The position numbers were made by a program, and so were the translations under genes. 64,000 nucleotides of DNA from Acidimicrobiia bacterium. GTDB taxonomy: Bacteria > Actinomycetota > Acidimicrobiia > Spongiisociales > ZC4RG35. The notes beneath the pieces were generated by a model. The model searched no databases, was not told where the DNA came from, and saw only the letters and a list, made by a program, of their open reading frames with translations. Positions 8,405 to 17,091 of the stretch are shown piece after piece. The DNA is taken from the NCBI GenBank assembly GCA_036396655.1, contig DASWKK010000066.1:912-64911 (forward strand), read 5' to 3'. Numbering within the stretch: the first letter of the stretch is position 1; each line of letters starts with the position of its first letter.

Positions 8405-9733
8405 GTGAGTGCGCGTCACCGCCAGCCAGCCTCCCCGACCCAAGCACGGTTCCGCGCCCTCATAATCAGCTTGGTCGCAGTCTTCCTGATTGCCTTCTTC
8501 TTCCTGCGCGGGTCGGGTGAGGGCGGTCCGAGCGACACCACCGTTCCCGAGGACGGTGGGGCCACCACCTCGACGCCGGACGTCACGGTCACCACCAACC
8601 CCGACACGACTTCTACCACCATCGCCGGCAGTGCCGGGGCCACCGGCGATCTCCCCGCCTTGCAGGGAGTCGAGCTCCAGACCGTGGCCGAGGGCTTGCG
8701 CCAACCCACGGTGCTGACCTCCCCGGTCGGGGACGAACGGCTTTTCGTGGTGGAGAGGGTGGGTGTGATCCGGATCCTCGACCCCGATCGCCGGCTCTTG
8801 GATGCGGCGTTCCTCGATATCTCGGACCGGGTCCTGGCCAACGGCATCGAGCAAGGCCTCCTCGGGCTCACCTTCCACCCGGACTATGCGAACAACGGCC
8901 GCTTCTTTGTCTACTACACCGACAGGGACGGCCGCCGGCAGCTCTCCGAGTTCCAGGTTTCGGTCTCCGACCCGAATCTCAGCTCGCCCGACACCGAGAA
9001 AGTGCTGATCGAGCGCGAGCAGCCACCCGCCGCCACCGACATCCGTCACTATGCGGGCCAGCTGGGGTTCGGGCCCGAGGGGTATCTATGGGTCTCATTG
9101 GGCGACGGCGCCGACTCGAGGGCTCAGGGCCAGGATCCGAACACTTTGTTCGGCACGGTGTCCCGCATCGATGTGGACAGCGGCGACCCCTATGCGATCC
9201 CACCGGAGAACCCATTCGTGGAGAGCGGGGGGGCGCCCGAGGTTTGGGCCTACGGGTTGAGGAACCCGTGGCGGTTCTCCATCGACCCGATCGACCGGCT
9301 GATCTACATCGCCGACGTCGGTCACGCCGACCAGGAGGAGATCAACGTCCTGCCGATCGACGAGGGTGGCTTCAATCTTGGTTGGTCCGACGTGGAGGGG
9401 ACACGTTGCTTTCACGTGCAGGACTGTGACCTGGAGGACTACACCGCTCCGGTCCTCACCTACAGCCACGACGAGGGGTGCTCGGTCACGGGCGGATTCG
9501 TCTATCGGGGGAGCGCGATTCCCGAGTTGACCGGCACCTACTTCTACAGCGACTGGTGCTCACAGTGGATCAAGTCTTTCAAGTATGCCGACGGTCAGTT
9601 GACCGAGGAACGAGATTGGACGGCCGACCTGGGACAGATCGGGCAGATCAACAGCTTCGGTCTGGGTGGCGACGGCGAGCTCTATGCCATCACCCATGAT
9701 GGCGTGGTCGCCCAGTTCGTAGCCAACCGTTAA
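8405..9733 (+). CDS. PQQ-dependent sugar dehydrogenase (soluble aldose/sorbosone dehydrogenase family), membrane-anchored with Thr-rich linker
   Basis: N-terminal TM segment, Thr-rich spacer, then GLTFHPDYANNGRFFVYYTD and GLRNPWRFSIDP beta-propeller motifs. Confidence 0.75.
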   Translation: MSARHRQPASPTQARFRALIISLVAVFLIAFFFLRGSGEGGPSDTTVPEDGGATTSTPDVTVTTNPDTTSTTIAGSAGATGDLPALQGVELQTVAEGLRQPTVLTSPVGDERLFVVERVGVIRILDPDRRLLDAAFLDISDRVLANGIEQGLLGLTFHPDYANNGRFFVYYTDRDGRRQLSEFQVSVSDPNLSSPDTEKVLIEREQPPAATDIRHYAGQLGFGPEGYLWVSLGDGADSRAQGQDPNTLFGTVSRIDVDSGDPYAIPPENPFVESGGAPEVWAYGLRNPWRFSIDPIDRLIYIADVGHADQEEINVLPIDEGGFNLGWSDVEGTRCFHVQDCDLEDYTAPVLTYSHDEGCSVTGGFVYRGSAIPELTGTYFYSDWCSQWIKSFKYADGQLTEERDWTADLGQIGQINSFGLGGDGELYAITHDGVVAQFVANR

Positions 9734-10062
9734 CCACCCGAGGGTAGATGCACCACTTCGCCCGGGTAAATGAGGTCGGGGTCCCCCGAGCGGAGCCGAT
9801 CTCGGTTGGCGTCGATCACCGTCCGCCAGAACGGAGCGACCTCGTCGTCGCTTGCGGTCCTCCCCAGCTCCTGGTCGAGGTGGACCTGACTGATCTGCCA
9901 CAGATGGTCACCCGGTTGCACGACAACCGACGTGGGGGCCGGTACCGAACCCCGTCCGACCGGCACGAAAGCCACCTCGCCGGCAGGCTCGGCCAGGGCA
10001 ACAGAGCTGACCGCTGACACGAGCATGACGAGAAGTATGGTTCCGACTCGTTTCCTCCCCAT
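9730..10062 (-). CDS. secreted LysM domain protein
   Basis: Signal peptide then VVQPGDHLWQISQ...IYPGEVVHLP, a LysM-like motif. Confidence 0.55.
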   Translation of the reverse strand: MGRKRVGTILLVMLVSAVSSVALAEPAGEVAFVPVGRGSVPAPTSVVVQPGDHLWQISQVHLDQELGRTASDDEVAPFWRTVIDANRDRLRSGDPDLIYPGEVVHLPSGG

Positions 10063-10136
10063 CCCTCCAAGGTATGCCGCAATTCGGCTCGAGAGAAGGG
10101 GGTTACGATGGCCGGGCCGGTAAGTCAGGAGCAGGA

Positions 10137-10364
10137 ATGAGAGTCCGTATCGGAATCACCGATACCAGCAAGGTCGTCGAGCTCGATGTCGACGACGTCG
10201 AAGAGTTTCAGCAAGAGTTGGAGCGGGCTGTCGCCGATGGCGGTCTCGCCTGGTTCAGCGATACCAAGGGCCGGACAGTGGGGATCCCGATCAGTGGGTT
10301 GGCCTTCGTCGAGATAGAGACCTCAGAGGGCGGTCCTGCGGTGGGATTCGCTCCGGCGGTATGA
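10137..10364 (+). CDS. DUF3107 family protein (actinobacterial conserved)
   Basis: MRVRIGITDTSKVVELDVDD...AWFSDTKGRTVGIPISGLAFVEIE; ATG 10137 preceded by AGGAG; the longer track ORF from 10074 is rejected. Confidence 0.7.
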   Translation: MRVRIGITDTSKVVELDVDDVEEFQQELERAVADGGLAWFSDTKGRTVGIPISGLAFVEIETSEGGPAVGFAPAV

Positions 10365-10408
10365 GAAGAGCGCACCGGAGTGCGCTCTCCCAACAGTCGA
10401 GCAGCCGG

Positions 10409-10687
10409 TCAGATCGAACGACGCCGACGCTCGGCCAGCCACCGCTTGCGGAGCCGACGTCGATCGTCCTCGGCGAACCCGCCCCAGACCCCGGACTCCT
10501 GATTGGTCTCGAGGGCATACTGGAGACAGGACTCCTGCACCGGGCAAGTCGAACAGATGGCGACGGCGGCCTCGATGTGATCGACGGCGGGCCCGGTGGT
10601 TCCTATCGGAAAGAACAGCGCAGGTTCGGAATCCCGGCACGCGGCCAGATCCCTCCAGTCTGTTGTGATGGTGGTTGTTGTGAGCAA
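10409..10687 (-). CDS. whiB: WhiB family transcriptional regulator (WhiB1/WblE-like, 4Fe-4S)
   Basis: Four Cys in the C-x(n)-C-x2-C-x5-C arrangement, GVWGG turn and basic C-terminal tail; high similarity in pattern to mycobacterial WhiB1. Confidence 0.85.
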   Translation of the reverse strand: MLTTTTITTDWRDLAACRDSEPALFFPIGTTGPAVDHIEAAVAICSTCPVQESCLQYALETNQESGVWGGFAEDDRRRLRKRWLAERRRRSI

Positions 10688-10704
10688 GAGCTTCTTCCTA
10701 CCTT

Positions 10705-10720
10705 TGTGATGTTTTTCACA
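10705..10720. promoter_or_regulatory. CRP/GlxR-type binding site TGTGA-N6-TCACA upstream of the whiB1-like gene
   Basis: tttgTGTGAtgttttTCACAagc, perfect match to the CRP half-sites, 18-33 nt upstream of the whiB start, in an AT-richer stretch. Confidence 0.5.
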
Positions 10721-10809
10721 AGCGTTCCCGGCAATTCAAGTCCGGGAACCGTGGATTTCCGCGTCTGACGATACTGTCCGGGACCTCCTGTGTAAACGGT
10801 TTTCTTTGA

Positions 10810-11514
10810 ATGATCAGCATCGACAACACCCCGATGGTGGTGGGTCACCGTGGCTGGCCGGCCCGGTTTCCCGACAACACGCTGGCCGGTTTCATGGCCG
10901 CCGCTTCGGTCGCCGATGCCGTCGAACTCGACGTTCGGCGCTCGGCAGACGGAAAACTCGTTCTATCCCACGACCCTTCTATCGGGGGGCTCCCGGTGTC
11001 CTCCCACCAGTGGCAAGAGCTCCTCGAACTCGATCTCGGTGACGGTCACCGCCCGGCGCTTCTCGACGAGGTGGTGGCTGCGGTCCCAAATCTCGCGATC
11101 CAGTTCGAGATCAAGAACTCCCCGCACGAGGCGGGGTTCGAGCCCGATCACCGTCTCGCGCTGGAGACCGCGGCCAGGGCTGGGCCCAAGGACATAGTCA
11201 TGTCGTTCAACTGGCAGTCGATGGCCGAGGTTCGGCATGAGTTCCCTGACGTTGTGACGGGGTTGTTGGTGGGGGGCGCAGGCGACGTTGACCTGGCCGT
11301 CGATGAATGCCTCACCTTGGGACATGCCGCGTTGTTCCCATCGGTCGACCTGCCGACTCTGGGGGTGATTCAGGGGCTGGAGAGCGGGCTGCGGGTGTTT
11401 CCCTGGGTGGTCAACGACGCCGAGCGGGTCGGGGAATTGGTCGGTGTCGGAGTGTCAGGCATCATTACAGACGATCCTGCCCGGGTCCGGGCAATAGTCG
11501 GGAGAGGCCGGTGA
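10810..11514 (+). CDS. glycerophosphodiester phosphodiesterase family protein
   Basis: VVGHRGWPARFPDNTLAGF...ELDVRRSADGKLVLSHD, GDPD catalytic motifs. Confidence 0.8.
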   Translation: MISIDNTPMVVGHRGWPARFPDNTLAGFMAAASVADAVELDVRRSADGKLVLSHDPSIGGLPVSSHQWQELLELDLGDGHRPALLDEVVAAVPNLAIQFEIKNSPHEAGFEPDHRLALETAARAGPKDIVMSFNWQSMAEVRHEFPDVVTGLLVGGAGDVDLAVDECLTLGHAALFPSVDLPTLGVIQGLESGLRVFPWVVNDAERVGELVGVGVSGIITDDPARVRAIVGRGR

Positions 11515-11975
11515 GCATCAGAGACGAGCTCGTCCACGAGCTTAGAGACGCCATGAGGGCAAAAGACAGGCCCCGCCGCGACGTCATCCGCCAAATCGAG
11601 ACCGAGGTGTCTCAGGCAAAGAGCGAGCCCGGGTTCACCGGTGAGCTCGACGACGACCTCTACCGGCGGGTAATCGCCTCTTACGTCAAGAAGATGGACA
11701 AGTCACGCCAGGAGTACCTGGACTTTGGCGAGCGGGGCCAAGCCATGGCCGACAAGCTCGGCTTCGAGGTCGAGTATCTGTCCCGCTGGTTGCCCTCGAA
11801 GCTGGACGAGACGGCCACTCGGGCATTGGTCTTGGCCGCGATCGCCGAACTGGGTGTCGCCGGAGACGGCAAGGCAGCGGGGCGAGTCACCGGGCACTTG
11901 ATGAAGAGCCACGGTGGAGATCTCGATGGTGGCCTTGTCAACCGCTTGGTCCGTGAGGAGCTGGCCTCCGATTGA
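11511..11975 (+). CDS. GatB/YqeY domain-containing protein
   Basis: 154-aa product IRDELVHELRDAMRAKDRPRRDVIRQIETEV...; GTG 11511 with GGGAGAGG Shine-Dalgarno, overlapping the GDPD stop; longer track ORF from 11307 rejected. Confidence 0.7.
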   Translation: MSIRDELVHELRDAMRAKDRPRRDVIRQIETEVSQAKSEPGFTGELDDDLYRRVIASYVKKMDKSRQEYLDFGERGQAMADKLGFEVEYLSRWLPSKLDETATRALVLAAIAELGVAGDGKAAGRVTGHLMKSHGGDLDGGLVNRLVREELASD

Positions 11976-12913
11976 CCGTGCCCGATTACCAGCCGATGCT
12001 GGCGACTTCGTGGCCGGCTGCGTTCGACGATCCCGGTTGGTGGTTCGAGGTCAAGTGGGACGGCTATCGAGCCATCGTCTCTGCCGATCGGGGGGAGGTT
12101 CGTGCCCGATCCCGGCGTGGGCTCGACCTGATCGGGCGGTTTCCCGAGTTGGCGAGTCTTGACGTTCCCGATGGTGTGGCCCTCGATGGGGAGGTCGTGG
12201 CGTTCGATGAGTACGGCCGCCCCTCGTTCTCCCACCTTCAGCGACGGTCAGGGTTCGCTGCTGGGGGCACCTGGGTCGATGTAGGTGTCAACCTCGTCGT
12301 CTTCGATGTCCTCTTTGCGGGAGAGGATCTCACTTCCGTCCCTTACGAAGCACGCCGGGCTCGGCTCGAATCACTCGAGCTGGCCACACCGATCATCGTG
12401 CCCGAGGCGACGCCCGAGATGGGGACCTCATTGTTCGAGGCGGCGCGGTCTCAGGGACTTGAGGGGGTGGTGGGCAAGCGACTCGGTTCGCCATATGTGC
12501 CTGGTCGCCGATCCTCCGACTGGCGCAAGGTGGCGGTGAAACGCCGGCTGCGCGCGGTGGTGGGCGGATATCTGCCCGGAGAGGGAGGGAGGGCCTCCAC
12601 TTTCGGCTCGATCCTCGTCGGGCTCAACGACGAGCATGGTTTGCGCTGGATCGCGGCGGTTGGGTCGGGTTTCGACGAGCCGGCTTTGCAGGCGTTCTCG
12701 GCGGCGCTGCGTCAGATGGAGCGCACTGTGAAGCCCTTCTACAACGATGTGATCACTCCCAAGCCGATCCGTCCGGTTTGGGTCGAGCCCGAGATCGTGG
12801 TCGAGGTGGAGTACAAGGAGTGGACCCACGACCTGCATCTGAGGGCACCGGTCTACAAGGGGATCCAAGTCGCCGACCAGGAGACGGTCACCTGGGCCGA
12901 AGAGGGGCCTTAG
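11972..12913 (+). CDS. ATP-dependent DNA ligase (ligase-domain-only, LigC-like)
   Basis: Adenylation motif EVKWDGYR (KxDG), nucleotidyltransferase plus OB fold, 313 aa; TTG start overlapping upstream stop. Confidence 0.8.
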   Translation: MTVPDYQPMLATSWPAAFDDPGWWFEVKWDGYRAIVSADRGEVRARSRRGLDLIGRFPELASLDVPDGVALDGEVVAFDEYGRPSFSHLQRRSGFAAGGTWVDVGVNLVVFDVLFAGEDLTSVPYEARRARLESLELATPIIVPEATPEMGTSLFEAARSQGLEGVVGKRLGSPYVPGRRSSDWRKVAVKRRLRAVVGGYLPGEGGRASTFGSILVGLNDEHGLRWIAAVGSGFDEPALQAFSAALRQMERTVKPFYNDVITPKPIRPVWVEPEIVVEVEYKEWTHDLHLRAPVYKGIQVADQETVTWAEEGP

Positions 12914-13079
12914 CTCCGTTCGAGGCGACCGTAGCCAGGCTGAGGCTGCATTCGTAGGCGCCCGTGGACCGCTCGCCTGTCGGCGGCTCGTCTCTCGCCC
13001 ACTCCGACCGGTTGTCGTTCGACCTCGCTCGGAGGTGCGGCCTGGGGCCGCCAACGGATGGCGGCCCCAGGTCGATCGG

Positions 13080-13895
13080 TCAGGGAATGAACGCCTGGAT
13101 CCAGTCGAGGACCTCCGGGATGTCCACCCGGCTCCCGTATCCGACACCCGCGCAGTTGCCGTTCGTGACATACGAGTTGACCGCGAGGACCGTGTCGGTG
13201 CCTCCGAGGAGATCGGGACCCCCAGAGTCCCCGAAGCAGGTTCCGCCGGTTCCGCCACCGGGATTCTGGCTGAGGCGGACGAACTCATCGGCATGGACGA
13301 AGTTGCCCGAGACGAACCTGGACTCGGCTTGGAGGCGCACCCTCAGACCGGCCCACACCGGTGGTCCGTTGCCAACGATCTGTTCCTGCACGCCGTACCC
13401 GACGATGTCGACTCCCGTCTTGTTCTTCAAGGTGTCGACGAGCCCCGCAGATGGCAGGGAGGCGTATTCCGACACCGCGCTCATCGGGACCGGCTCGCTC
13501 AGCACGATGACACCGACGTCGCGCAGGGCAAAGCCAGGAAGCCCGTTGCCGGCGCCAATGGCGAAGTCGGGATTGGTGTACGGGGTCCCGTCGTACGACG
13601 TGGCGCCGCTGAACGGGTATTCGGCATTGCTCTGCACGTCCTCGTCGAACCAGATCCGCGCCTGCACCGTGCCGTCGGTGCAGTGTCCAGCGGTCAGAAC
13701 CACCGTCGGCGTCAGCAGCGACGCGCTGCACCGGTGCGATGGCACCGGGCCATTAGGGGTCTGGACGTCGAATACGGCCAATCCGACGTACGGATGGTCG
13801 TTCCCATCCGGCTGACCGTTGGTGATAGCAGCAGCTGGCAGCGCCAGTGCGGCCAGCGCCAGCGCGGCCATGGCCATTCCAAGTCGTCTCCTCAT
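13080..13895 (-). CDS. secreted trypsin-like (S1 family) serine protease
   Basis: Signal peptide MRRRLGMAMAALALAALALPAAA, catalytic His in TAGHC and Ser in GDSGGP; ATG at 13895 preceded by GAGGAGGA; the 5' part of the 375-aa track ORF is rejected. Confidence 0.8.
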   Translation of the reverse strand: MRRRLGMAMAALALAALALPAAAITNGQPDGNDHPYVGLAVFDVQTPNGPVPSHRCSASLLTPTVVLTAGHCTDGTVQARIWFDEDVQSNAEYPFSGATSYDGTPYTNPDFAIGAGNGLPGFALRDVGVIVLSEPVPMSAVSEYASLPSAGLVDTLKNKTGVDIVGYGVQEQIVGNGPPVWAGLRVRLQAESRFVSGNFVHADEFVRLSQNPGGGTGGTCFGDSGGPDLLGGTDTVLAVNSYVTNGNCAGVGYGSRVDIPEVLDWIQAFIP

Positions 13896-14119
13896 GTGTC
13901 CTCCTCTGGTCGGACGTTGGTGCTGCTGGAGAGGCGGGTACCTCGCGGGACGAACGCGGCAAACATCACAACTTGACCTCCGCGAGCAGTCGAACACCCA
14001 TCTCCCATCTGTGCACGACGCTACACGTCGAGCGGTTTTCCGTGTCTTCGTGGCCGGGTCGCCGGGAATTACGACACCCGAGGTAGTTTTCCTGAGCTTC
14101 TGATCGGCTTGGAGGAAAC

Positions 14120-14518
14120 ATGGCGAGGTATGTCGTCGACTCGAGCGCAGTGCTGTATCTCCTGACCCACGAGATTGACGTGTCCGATGGGGTCGAGCTG
14201 CTCGCACCGACGCTGCTGCGCTCTCAGCTGCTGGCGATCTTGCACGAGACGGTGCACGCCGGCGAGATGGAGGCCGATGTCGCGCGGGCCTGGCTCGCCC
14301 GATTCGGGGGGATGAAGATGCGACTGCTCGGGGATGCCGTGCTTCGACGCCGAGCTTGGGAGGTTGCCGACCAGATGGGGTGGGCGTCGACCTTCGATGC
14401 CGAGTACGTCGCGCTCACCCAGCTTCAGGCGGATGCGTTCGTCACCGCCAACGCCGAGCTTCGTGACAGCGTGCAGGGTCTCGTACCGACGGCGCCAATC
14501 GACGACCTCCACCACTAG
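14120..14518 (+). CDS. PIN domain protein (VapC-like nuclease), no adjacent antitoxin ORF evident
   Basis: VVDSSAVLYLL... and DAEYVALTQLQADAFVTAN acidic PIN motifs. Confidence 0.65.
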   Translation: MARYVVDSSAVLYLLTHEIDVSDGVELLAPTLLRSQLLAILHETVHAGEMEADVARAWLARFGGMKMRLLGDAVLRRRAWEVADQMGWASTFDAEYVALTQLQADAFVTANAELRDSVQGLVPTAPIDDLHH

Positions 14519-14533
14519 TTGTGTTGTACACAA

Positions 14534-15331
14534 CTAGGAGACTTTTGCCTTTTTCTGCTCCTTGGTCTTGGTGGCCTCGACCGACGCCTTGAGAGCATCG
14601 AGTAGGTCGACGACTTTGGTCGGCTCCGGTGAAGTGGTGGCGACGATCTCCTCGCCCGCAACCTTCTTGGAGGCGAGATCCTCGATCACTTCCCGAGTGC
14701 GATCGACATATGCGTCCGCTACGAAGGGCTTGGTCAGATTGTCGATCAAGGAGGCGGCCATCTCCACTTCTTCGGGTCTGATCTCGACATTGGCCTCGAG
14801 CTCTTCGAACTCGGCGGCCCGCAGCTCGTCGGGCCAGTACATCGTCTCCATGACGATGACGCCTTCCTTGACCCGCAGCGTGGCCAGTTGCTGCTTCTCC
14901 CGGATCGAAACCTTGGCGATGGCGACCCGCCCTTTCTCCTCGAGCGCCTCGCCGAGGATCTTGTAGGCCTTGACTCCGGTCTTCTCGGGGATCAAGTAGT
15001 AGGAGGACTTGTAGAAGATCGGGTCGATCTCGCTTTCGTCGACGAATTGGACGACATCGACCAGCTTGTTGCCCTCCGGGTGGGCCGACTCGAGCTCTTC
15101 GTCGGTGAATACGACATAGCGGTCCTTCTCGAACTCGTATCCCTTGACGATGTCGTCCCACTCGACTTCGTTGCCGTCGGCTTCGGCCACCCGCTTGTAG
15201 CGGATGGGGGAGTGGTCGGTCTTTCGCAGCTGCTTGAACTTGGGCGTCTTGTTGTCGGTGGCGGTGTACAGACCCACCGGGATGGTGACCAGCCCAAAGT
15301 TGATGGCGCCTTTCCAGATCGCTCTTGGCAT
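14534..15331 (-). CDS. ku: Ku protein (non-homologous end joining)
   Basis: MPRAIWKGAINFGLVTIPV...YEFEKDRYVVFTDEE, canonical bacterial Ku; start taken at MPRAIWKG rather than 10 codons upstream. Confidence 0.85.
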   Translation of the reverse strand: MPRAIWKGAINFGLVTIPVGLYTATDNKTPKFKQLRKTDHSPIRYKRVAEADGNEVEWDDIVKGYEFEKDRYVVFTDEELESAHPEGNKLVDVVQFVDESEIDPIFYKSSYYLIPEKTGVKAYKILGEALEEKGRVAIAKVSIREKQQLATLRVKEGVIVMETMYWPDELRAAEFEELEANVEIRPEEVEMAASLIDNLTKPFVADAYVDRTREVIEDLASKKVAGEEIVATTSPEPTKVVDLLDALKASVEATKTKEQKKAKVS

Positions 15332-15388
15332 ACGGCCAAGTCTATGCCGCAAAGCCGACAAGAAAGCCGTCTTGACCGATCAACAGAG

Positions 15389-15460
15389 CGCTCCCGGCAG
15401 GATTCGAACCTGCGCACCCGGCTCCGGAGGCCGGTGCTCTATCCCCTGAGCTACGGGAGC
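15389..15460 (-). tRNA. tRNA-Arg (anticodon CCG)
   Basis: Reverse complement GCTCCCGTAGCTCAGGGGATAGAGCACCGGCCTCCGGAGCCGGGTGCGCAGGTTCGAATCCTGCCGGGAGCG folds as a cloverleaf; anticodon loop CTCCGGA. Confidence 0.85.
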
Positions 15461-15692
15461 GGACTGGGTCGAATGGTACGTCGTCGAGGGGGCAACCCGG
15501 CAACCCGGATTACCCTTGCCCCGATGTCAGAGCGAGCGCCCGACAAGCAGTCGGACGAGGAGAACCGACACCTCGCCTCCGCCGTGGGGAACGGCCCGGC
15601 CCTCGGGGTGGCGGTCGCGGCCGCGTTGGGCTCGGCGAGAAGTGACTGAGCCCCTTTTACTCCCCACCCTCGGATCCCGGCCAACACCGACG

Positions 15693-16910
15693 ATGAGATA
15701 CCTATCGACGAGAGGAGAGGCGGAGCCTCTCGACTTCCGTGGCGCCATGCTGACCGGGCTGGCCCCGGACGGCGGCCTCTACGTCCCCGAGGTGATCCCC
15801 TCGCTCCCCCAAGGTTGGGAGAAGTGGAGCTACCAACAGTCGGTCACGGTGGCGTTGACCCTCTTCGGTGCGGAGCGGGTGGGCCCGATGGTCCTGGAGG
15901 CAGCATCCCGGTTCAGGCACCCCGACGTCGCCCCTCTGGTCCCGGTAGGGGATCGTCACATCCTCGAGCTGTTTTGGGGCCCGACCCTGTCCTTCAAGGA
16001 CCATGCGCTTCAGATAATGGCCCGCATGCTCGACCGGGAGTTGGGAGAGCAGAGAACGATCCTGGGCGCCACTTCGGGAGACACCGGCTCGGCGGCAATC
16101 GAGGCCTGCAGAGGGAGGCCCAACCTTCGCATCGTTGTCCTCTTCCCGGAGGGCAAGGTCTCCGAGTTCCAGCGGCGACAGATGACCACCGTCGACGATC
16201 CCAACGTGTTCGCCGTGGCGGTCGACGGCACCTTCGACGACTGCCAGGCGATGGTCAAGGAAGCATTCGGCCGTCATGTCGGATTGCTCGCCTTCAACTC
16301 GATCAACTGGGCGCGCGTGGCGGCTCAGGTCGGCTACTACGTCTACCTCGCCGCCATGATGAAAGAGCCATTCGACGTTGTCGTACCCACCGGCAACTTC
16401 GGCAACGTCTTCTCCTGCTGGGTGGCGAAACGGATGGGGGCGCCGATAGAGACAATCACCATCGCCAACAACGCCAACCGTGGTCTCGCCACCCTGGTGG
16501 GGACGGGGTCGATGGACCAGTCGAACGTGCTCCCGACCCTGGCGCCGGCCATGGACGTTGGAGTTCCGTCGAATCTGGAGCGTTTCACAGGCGACGCCGG
16601 CCTGGAGTTCGAAGCCGGGTTCGCCGATGATGAGCAGATCAGGGCAACCATCGCCGAGGTCGACCGAAGACATGCCTATCTGCTCGACCCACATACGGCG
16701 ACCGCCTGGTTCGTCGGGGAGGAGAAGATGGGGAGCAGGCCCCAAGTGGTGGTGGGGACGGCACATCCGGCCAAGTTCGCCGAGGCCGTTCAGCGCTCGA
16801 TCGGCCGTGTGCCCGAGCCACCTCCTGGCTTTGAAGACCTGCTCAACAGACCGGAGCGAGTGGCTCGAATCGGCGTGGATCGGTCACAGCTCGACCGCCT
16901 CATCAGTTGA
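15693..16910 (+). CDS. thrC: threonine synthase
   Basis: MRYLSTRG...GPTLSFKDHALQ (PLP lysine)...GATSGDTGSAA; start moved to the ATG at 15693 inside the longer track ORF. Confidence 0.85.
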   Translation: MRYLSTRGEAEPLDFRGAMLTGLAPDGGLYVPEVIPSLPQGWEKWSYQQSVTVALTLFGAERVGPMVLEAASRFRHPDVAPLVPVGDRHILELFWGPTLSFKDHALQIMARMLDRELGEQRTILGATSGDTGSAAIEACRGRPNLRIVVLFPEGKVSEFQRRQMTTVDDPNVFAVAVDGTFDDCQAMVKEAFGRHVGLLAFNSINWARVAAQVGYYVYLAAMMKEPFDVVVPTGNFGNVFSCWVAKRMGAPIETITIANNANRGLATLVGTGSMDQSNVLPTLAPAMDVGVPSNLERFTGDAGLEFEAGFADDEQIRATIAEVDRRHAYLLDPHTATAWFVGEEKMGSRPQVVVGTAHPAKFAEAVQRSIGRVPEPPPGFEDLLNRPERVARIGVDRSQLDRLIS

Positions 16911-17091
16911 GGATCGCGCGATTGCTTTGCGCAATCACAACGAGCAGCTACGATATGTCCTGTTGGCGGCGCCAAGGGACGTCGCAACGACCCACTCAAA
17001 GCCCTCATTCGAGGCATGCCCCATTGTGAGGCAATGGTGCGTAAATCCCGGTCCGATTGAGCCCACCTAGGGACGAATCGCGAAGGATCCA

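Noticed and set aside
13819-14103. 94-aa and 79-aa plus-strand ORFs upstream of the PIN gene as a candidate antitoxin
   Set aside because: They overlap the protease gene on the opposite strand, have Ala/Ser/Cys/Trp-rich composition unlike VapB/RHH/AbrB antitoxins, and lack a plausible ribosome-binding site.
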